Positions 56,523 to 64,000 of a stretch of 64,000 nucleotides of DNA are shown one piece after another. The first letter of the stretch is position 1. Every line of letters starts with the position of its first letter. The translations under genes were made by a program, and so were the position numbers. The DNA lies in contig JAZJZE010000001.1 in NCBI GenBank assembly GCA_040390065.1, positions 357,769 to 421,768 of the forward strand, given 5' to 3'. Under the pieces are notes generated by a model that was not told the origin of the DNA, made no database searches, and worked only from the letters and a program-made list of their open reading frames with translations. This DNA is from a bacterium. Its GTDB lineage: Archaea; Thermoplasmatota; E2; JACPAO01; JAHFTW01.

Positions 56523-57242
56523 ATGGCCACCTCGAAGAACGAGCCCACCAGCACGCCGCGCAACCTGACCTCCTCCGGATCGACCCGGATGTTCATCCTG
56601 CTCCTCGGTGTCGCGGTCGTCATCGGCGCCTTCGTCGCCCCCTGGTGGACGCGCGGCGTCACCCTGAACCATGACTGCGCCTACAACGAGGCCGCGCAGG
56701 ACTGCCCGCGCTCGTCCGGCGGAGTGTCCTTCGGCGGCGCAGGCGTCCCCGGCATCGAGGGCCTGTTCCTCAACTACGGGCCGTTCCACACCCCGACGGC
56801 CAGTGGCATCGGCACCGATGCGAGCCGCGAGACGGCGACGAGCGTCCTCGGCATCGGCGCCGTCACCGCGACCCTCTTCGCAGTGGCCGGCCTCGTCGTG
56901 CGTGGCCTCACGGCGACGGGTCGCATCACCACCAGCGCCAACCTGCCCGTCCGCCTCGCCATCGTCGCCTTCAGCGCCGGTCTCTTCACCGTGCTTTGGG
57001 CGACGTTCTTCCTGCCGCTTCTTGGCAACGGGCCCGGCATGCTGTGGGGCAGCAACTTCAGCGGCAGCCAGAACCTCGGCATCTTCTACGACTCGCGGTT
57101 CGCCAACGTCGGCTACTACCTCGGCATCATCGGCTTCGTGGGCCTCCCCGCCTACCTCTGGGTCGACGCCGTCGCCGCCCGCAACGCCACCGGCGTCTCG
57201 ACGGGCAACTGGCAAGCCGGCGACGCATCCCCCATGGCGTGA
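56523..57242 (+). CDS. Multi-pass membrane protein (about 4 TM)
   Basis: GGAGGTG SD; four hydrophobic segments. Confidence 0.75.
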   Translation: MATSKNEPTSTPRNLTSSGSTRMFILLLGVAVVIGAFVAPWWTRGVTLNHDCAYNEAAQDCPRSSGGVSFGGAGVPGIEGLFLNYGPFHTPTASGIGTDASRETATSVLGIGAVTATLFAVAGLVVRGLTATGRITTSANLPVRLAIVAFSAGLFTVLWATFFLPLLGNGPGMLWGSNFSGSQNLGIFYDSRFANVGYYLGIIGFVGLPAYLWVDAVAARNATGVSTGNWQAGDASPMA

Positions 57243-57299
57243 AGCCAACCTTCATTCGTTCCCGGCCGTGTCGCCTCACGGGCCCCGCCCAGTGACACC

Positions 57300-57659
57300 A
57301 TGAGCCGAACCCTGCGCATCGCCGCCCTTGCGGCCGCCATCCTCGCATTGTACATGCTGCAGCCAGCAGCCGCCAACCCGCTGCCGTACACCATCACCAC
57401 CAACACCAGCGACACGAACGGCGATGGCATCCCCGACCCCTCTGCCGGCATCGCCGGAGGCATGACGTGCGGCTGCTACTGCGCCGTCACGACGACGACC
57501 GTCGACCTGCAGGCCGTCGGCCAGGACGTCTACGTGTACAACCAGGACGGCGGCTGCACCATGGACCGCAGCGCCACCGTCACCTCCGGCGACGTCGACC
57601 CCTACGCGACTCCAAGCGTGACGTACTCCAGCACGTGCTGGGGCCCCTGCCCAGAGTAG
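57300..57659 (+). CDS. Small secreted Cys/Thr-rich protein
   Basis: Signal peptide; DTNGDGIPD Ca-binding-like loop; CGCYC; followed by pyrimidine tract. Confidence 0.7.
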   Translation: MSRTLRIAALAAAILALYMLQPAAANPLPYTITTNTSDTNGDGIPDPSAGIAGGMTCGCYCAVTTTTVDLQAVGQDVYVYNQDGGCTMDRSATVTSGDVDPYATPSVTYSSTCWGPCPE

Positions 57660-57722
57660 TCGTACCACCCTTTCCCCCTTCTCCAAACCCTTTTCATGCA
57701 CTCCCATGTCGCGCAGCCTACC

Positions 57723-57795
57723 GGGCGAGTAGATCAGCTGGTAGATCGCTGCCTTCGCAAGGCAGAGGCCGGGGGTTCAAATCCCTCCTCGTCCA
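57723..57795 (+). tRNA. tRNA-Ala(CGC)
   Basis: GGGCGAG...CTGCC-TTCGCAA-GGCAG...GTTCAAATC...CTCGTCC-A with G3:U70 identity pair. Confidence 0.95.
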
Positions 57796-58028
57796 CCTTT
57801 GCAGTCAAGGAGGCGCGAAGCGCCCTTGCTGCCAAATGGTGGCGAGGAGGGTTTGCCTGGGGCCGAAGGCGCTGGGTGACGGGGCACTCGGGCATGCCGG
57901 GCCGCGCCGGCGGATTCGTCCTCTCTTGGAGATTTGGTCCTCCGGCGCCCTAGCCTCGAAATCCGTGGGCCAGCCCGTGGCCATGCCGATACGGCTTTGG
58001 CCGACCTCCCCTTGGCTTGGCCGTAGCC

Positions 58029-58433
58029 ATGGCCAGCCTGGAACGCTTCCTCATCGTCGATGACGCGCCCGCGGTGCGTCTCTTGCTGCGGCGCCTGCTC
58101 AACAAGTACGGCGTCAACGACGGCCAGATCCGCGAGGTTGGCGACGGCAAGGACGTGGAGGCGGCCATGAAGTCGTTCCGCCCCACGGTCGTGCTCATGG
58201 ACATGGAGATGCCCGGAATGGGCGGCGAGGAGGCCGGCTCGAAGGTGCTCTCCGGCGGCGAGGCCGTCCGCGTCGTCATCGTGAGCGGCTATGACAAGCA
58301 GGATCCCCGCGTGCGCCGCCTGGTCCAGATGGGCGCATTCGACGTGCTCACGAAGCCCGTCCATGCATCCGATGTCGAGCGCTTGCTTGCGCAACTGGCC
58401 CGTGACGAACCGGGCCTCGGCCGCATCGCCTAA
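58029..58433 (+). CDS. Single-domain response regulator (CheY-like)
   Basis: LIVDD, LMDMEMPGM.G, VSG, LTKP. Confidence 0.92.
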   Translation: MASLERFLIVDDAPAVRLLLRRLLNKYGVNDGQIREVGDGKDVEAAMKSFRPTVVLMDMEMPGMGGEEAGSKVLSGGEAVRVVIVSGYDKQDPRVRRLVQMGAFDVLTKPVHASDVERLLAQLARDEPGLGRIA

Positions 58434-58434
58434 G

Positions 58435-61515
<3,081 letters not shown>

Positions 61516-61657
61516 GCGACGGTGGCGCAAGGGGCGTCATCCAGAAGAAGCCGCCGCCTCGGAACGCGCACGATGCTATGCGAAGGGGCAAGCCCGGGTG
61601 GCCCTGCTCGGGCGCGCCACACGGTCCGCCTGACTGTTTGCCCTTTGTTCGGCTCCG

Positions 61658-62107
61658 CTAGACGAAGGGGCAAACGGACTGCTCGCGGCGGCTGCGCAGG
61701 TGCAGCAGGGCCAGCCCGGCGGTGTGCAGGGCCCAGATGGCAAAGAGCGCGCCCCAGAACACGTTGCTGGACAGGTCGTGGTCCTTGAGTCCGCTGGCCG
61801 CGAGCCAGATGAGGAGGACAAGGATGGTGAGGCCGGCGAGGCGGATGATCATGCCGCGGCGGTCTGGGGCGATCTGGTGGCGCTTGACGCCGATTGCGAT
61901 GATGATGCCACCCGCAATGTGCGCCACGATGAGGAGCGAAACGGCGATGACCGCGGCCATTTCGGACTTGTAAAGCAGGATGGGGATGAAGGCGACCGTG
62001 GTGACCGCGATGAGGATGGTCTTGAGCAGGAATTGGCGACGCTGGTAGAACAGCCATGCCGGCGTGGGGGGCGCCGTCGTCGGGGCGGTCTGGTCCAGGT
62101 CGGCCAC
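61658..62107 (-). CDS. Small membrane protein (about 4 TM)
   Basis: Four hydrophobic segments, coding-like codon bias. Confidence 0.7.
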   Translation of the reverse strand: MADLDQTAPTTAPPTPAWLFYQRRQFLLKTILIAVTTVAFIPILLYKSEMAAVIAVSLLIVAHIAGGIIIAIGVKRHQIAPDRRGMIIRLAGLTILVLLIWLAASGLKDHDLSSNVFWGALFAIWALHTAGLALLHLRSRREQSVCPFV

Positions 62108-62322
62108 GGCGCCGGCTGGGGGTCGCGGTTATTTCACGGCTTTCCTGGGCGGGCATTGACATGTCAGAGCCGCGTCGCGCTTCGGTTCAGCATGGCCCAA
62201 AGCCAACCCCTTTACACGGCCGGTCGTTCTCCCAGCTAGGAACGCTCCTGAGCGTCCCTTTCAGGCCAAAGCCAGCCACTTTTTATAGAAGTGCTGACCA
62301 ATGCCTGTTCCGGAGTCACCCC

Positions 62323-64000
62323 ATGGTGAAGACCGAAGCCACCCTGCGTGTCGTTGAAGCCCTGCAGCAGGACGTCTCGTTCGGGCGCGCCCGACTAGAC
62401 GGCCAAACGCGCGTCGAGCTGAACCTCAGCCCCGGCGACATCATCGAGATCAAGGGCCACAAGACGACGGCCGCCGTCGTCTGGCGCTCGCACCCCGGCG
62501 ACGAGGGCAAGGGCATCATCCACATCGACAACCTGACGCGCAAGAACGCAGGCGTGTCCATTGGCGATAAGGTCGCGATCAAGAAGGCCGAAGTGAAGGC
62601 CGCCAAGCAAGTCACTCTCGCCCCCGCCATCAGCCAGGACCAGCAGATCCAGTTCGGCGACGGCATCGACCAGCTGGCCAAGCGCGGACTCCTCAAGCGC
62701 CCGTGCGTGCAAGGCGACGTCGTCGTCGTGCCCAACATCGCGCTCTTCGGCAACGCATTGCCGTTCAGCATCATCAGCACGAACCCCAAGGGCATCGTGC
62801 TCATCAACGAGGAGACCCAGATCAAGGTCAACGAGGAAGCCGCCGCACAAGCGGGCCAGGCGGTCTCGCAGATCAGCTACGAGGACATCGGTGGTCTACG
62901 CGAAGCCCTGACAAACGTCCGCGAGATGATCGAACTGCCGCTCAAGCACCCCGAGCTCTTCGAGCGCCTCGGCATCGACCCGCCCAAGGGCGTCCTTCTG
63001 CACGGCCCACCTGGCACGGGCAAGACGATGATCGCCAAGGCGGTCGCCAACGAGTCCGGCGCCCAGTTCTACACCATCAATGGCCCCGAGATCATGAGCA
63101 AGTTCTACGGCCAGTCCGAAGAGAACCTGCGCAAGACCTTCGAGGAGGCCGAGAAGAATGCGCCCAGCATCATCTTCATCGACGAGATGGACGCCATCGC
63201 CCCGAAGCGCGACGAAGTGCAAGGCGAAGTCGAGCGCCGCGTCGTGTCGCAGATGCTCACCCTGATGGACGGCCTCAAGGGCCGCGGCAAGATCATCGTC
63301 ATCGGTGCAACGAATCGCCCCGACTCGGTCGACCCCGCGCTGCGCCGCCCCGGCCGCTTCGACCGTGAAGTCGAGATTGGCGTGCCGGACAAGACCGGCC
63401 GCCTCGAGATCCTGCAGATCCAGACGCGCAACATGCCGAAGGCCGAGGACGTAGACCTGGAAGAGTTGGCCGACATGACCTACGGGTTCGTCGGCGCCGA
63501 CCTCATGGCCCTCGCCCGCGAAGCCGCCATGAAGGCATTGCGCCGCTACTTGCCCGAGATCGACCTCGAACTCCCCGTCCCCGTCGAACTGCTGGAGCGC
63601 ATGCAGGTCAAGTCCGAGGACTTCAAGAACGCCCTCAAGACCATCGACCCGAGCGCCCTGCGCGAGTTCCTGGTGGAAGTCCCCAACGTCACGTGGGACA
63701 CCGTTGGAGGCCTCGCCGAGGTCAAGCAGCAACTCAAGGAAGCCGTCGAATGGCCGCTCGAAGACCCCGCGTCGTTCGAACGCATGGGCATCAAGCCGCC
63801 GCGTGGCATCCTGCTGTATGGCCCGCCCGGCACGGGAAAGACGCTGCTGGCCAAGGCCGTCGCCAACCAGAGCGGCGCCAACTTCCTGAGCGTCAAGGGC
63901 CCCGAAGTCCTGTCCAAGTGGGTCGGCGAATCCGAGAAGGCCGTACGCGAGATCTTCAAGAAGGCCAAGCAGAGCAGCCCGTCCATCGTCTTCCTCGACG
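62323..64000 (+). CDS. cdc48: CDC48/VAT family AAA+ ATPase (3'-partial)
   Basis: Hand-read frame: N domain, [14 protein letters not shown] (twice), FIDEMD, RRPGRFD; TTTTATA promoter at ~62281. Confidence 0.95.
   Translation, partial: MVKTEATLRVVEALQQDVSFGRARLDGQTRVELNLSPGDIIEIKGHKTTAAVVWRSHPGDEGKGIIHIDNLTRKNAGVSIGDKVAIKKAEVKAAKQVTLAPAISQDQQIQFGDGIDQLAKRGLLKRPCVQGDVVVVPNIALFGNALPFSIISTNPKGIVLINEETQIKVNEEAAAQAGQAVSQISYEDIGGLREALTNVREMIELPLKHPELFERLGIDPPKGVLLHGPPGTGKTMIAKAVANESGAQFYTINGPEIMSKFYGQSEENLRKTFEEAEKNAPSIIFIDEMDAIAPKRDEVQGEVERRVVSQMLTLMDGLKGRGKIIVIGATNRPDSVDPALRRPGRFDREVEIGVPDKTGRLEILQIQTRNMPKAEDVDLEELADMTYGFVGADLMALAREAAMKALRRYLPEIDLELPVPVELLERMQVKSEDFKNALKTIDPSALREFLVEVPNVTWDTVGGLAEVKQQLKEAVEWPLEDPASFERMGIKPPRGILLYGPPGTGKTLLAKAVANQSGANFLSVKGPEVLSKWVGESEKAVREIFKKAKQSSPSIVFLD

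Overview
High-GC archaeal chromosome segment, most consistent with an uncultured Thermoplasmatota/euryarchaeal lineage. The taxon is inferred from archaeal-type ribosomal proteins, PolD DP1, Nre, a SAMP and CDC48/VAT. The core of the window is the large S10/spc ribosomal protein cluster (rpl3 to secY), which is interrupted around SUI1/rnp1. Other housekeeping genes include purB, hisS, an ALDH, a CLC channel, DP1, cdc48 and four tRNAs (Ser-CGA, Arg-UCU, Ile-GAU, Ala-CGC). Accessory regions hold many secreted or surface proteins, including a lysyl-oxidase-like enzyme, a catalytically dead subtilase, tandem processive GT2 glycosyltransferases and a 1489-aa Calx-beta/PKD adhesin. The most unusual signal is a family of short (about 125-160 bp) hairpin-rich non-coding cassettes sitting inside duplicated pieces of essential genes. 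At secY the order is: 3' end, cassette, synonymously recoded copy of that end, a second covarying cassette, a 17-nt exact secY fragment, then a stand-alone HNH nuclease. At tRNA-Ser the 5' half occurs three times, separated by a related cassette. A 275-bp MITE, an antisense hairpin to the tRNA-Ala 3' end and candidate ribosomal-operon leader RNAs are also present. All calls come from reading the sequence by eye; no searches were run.
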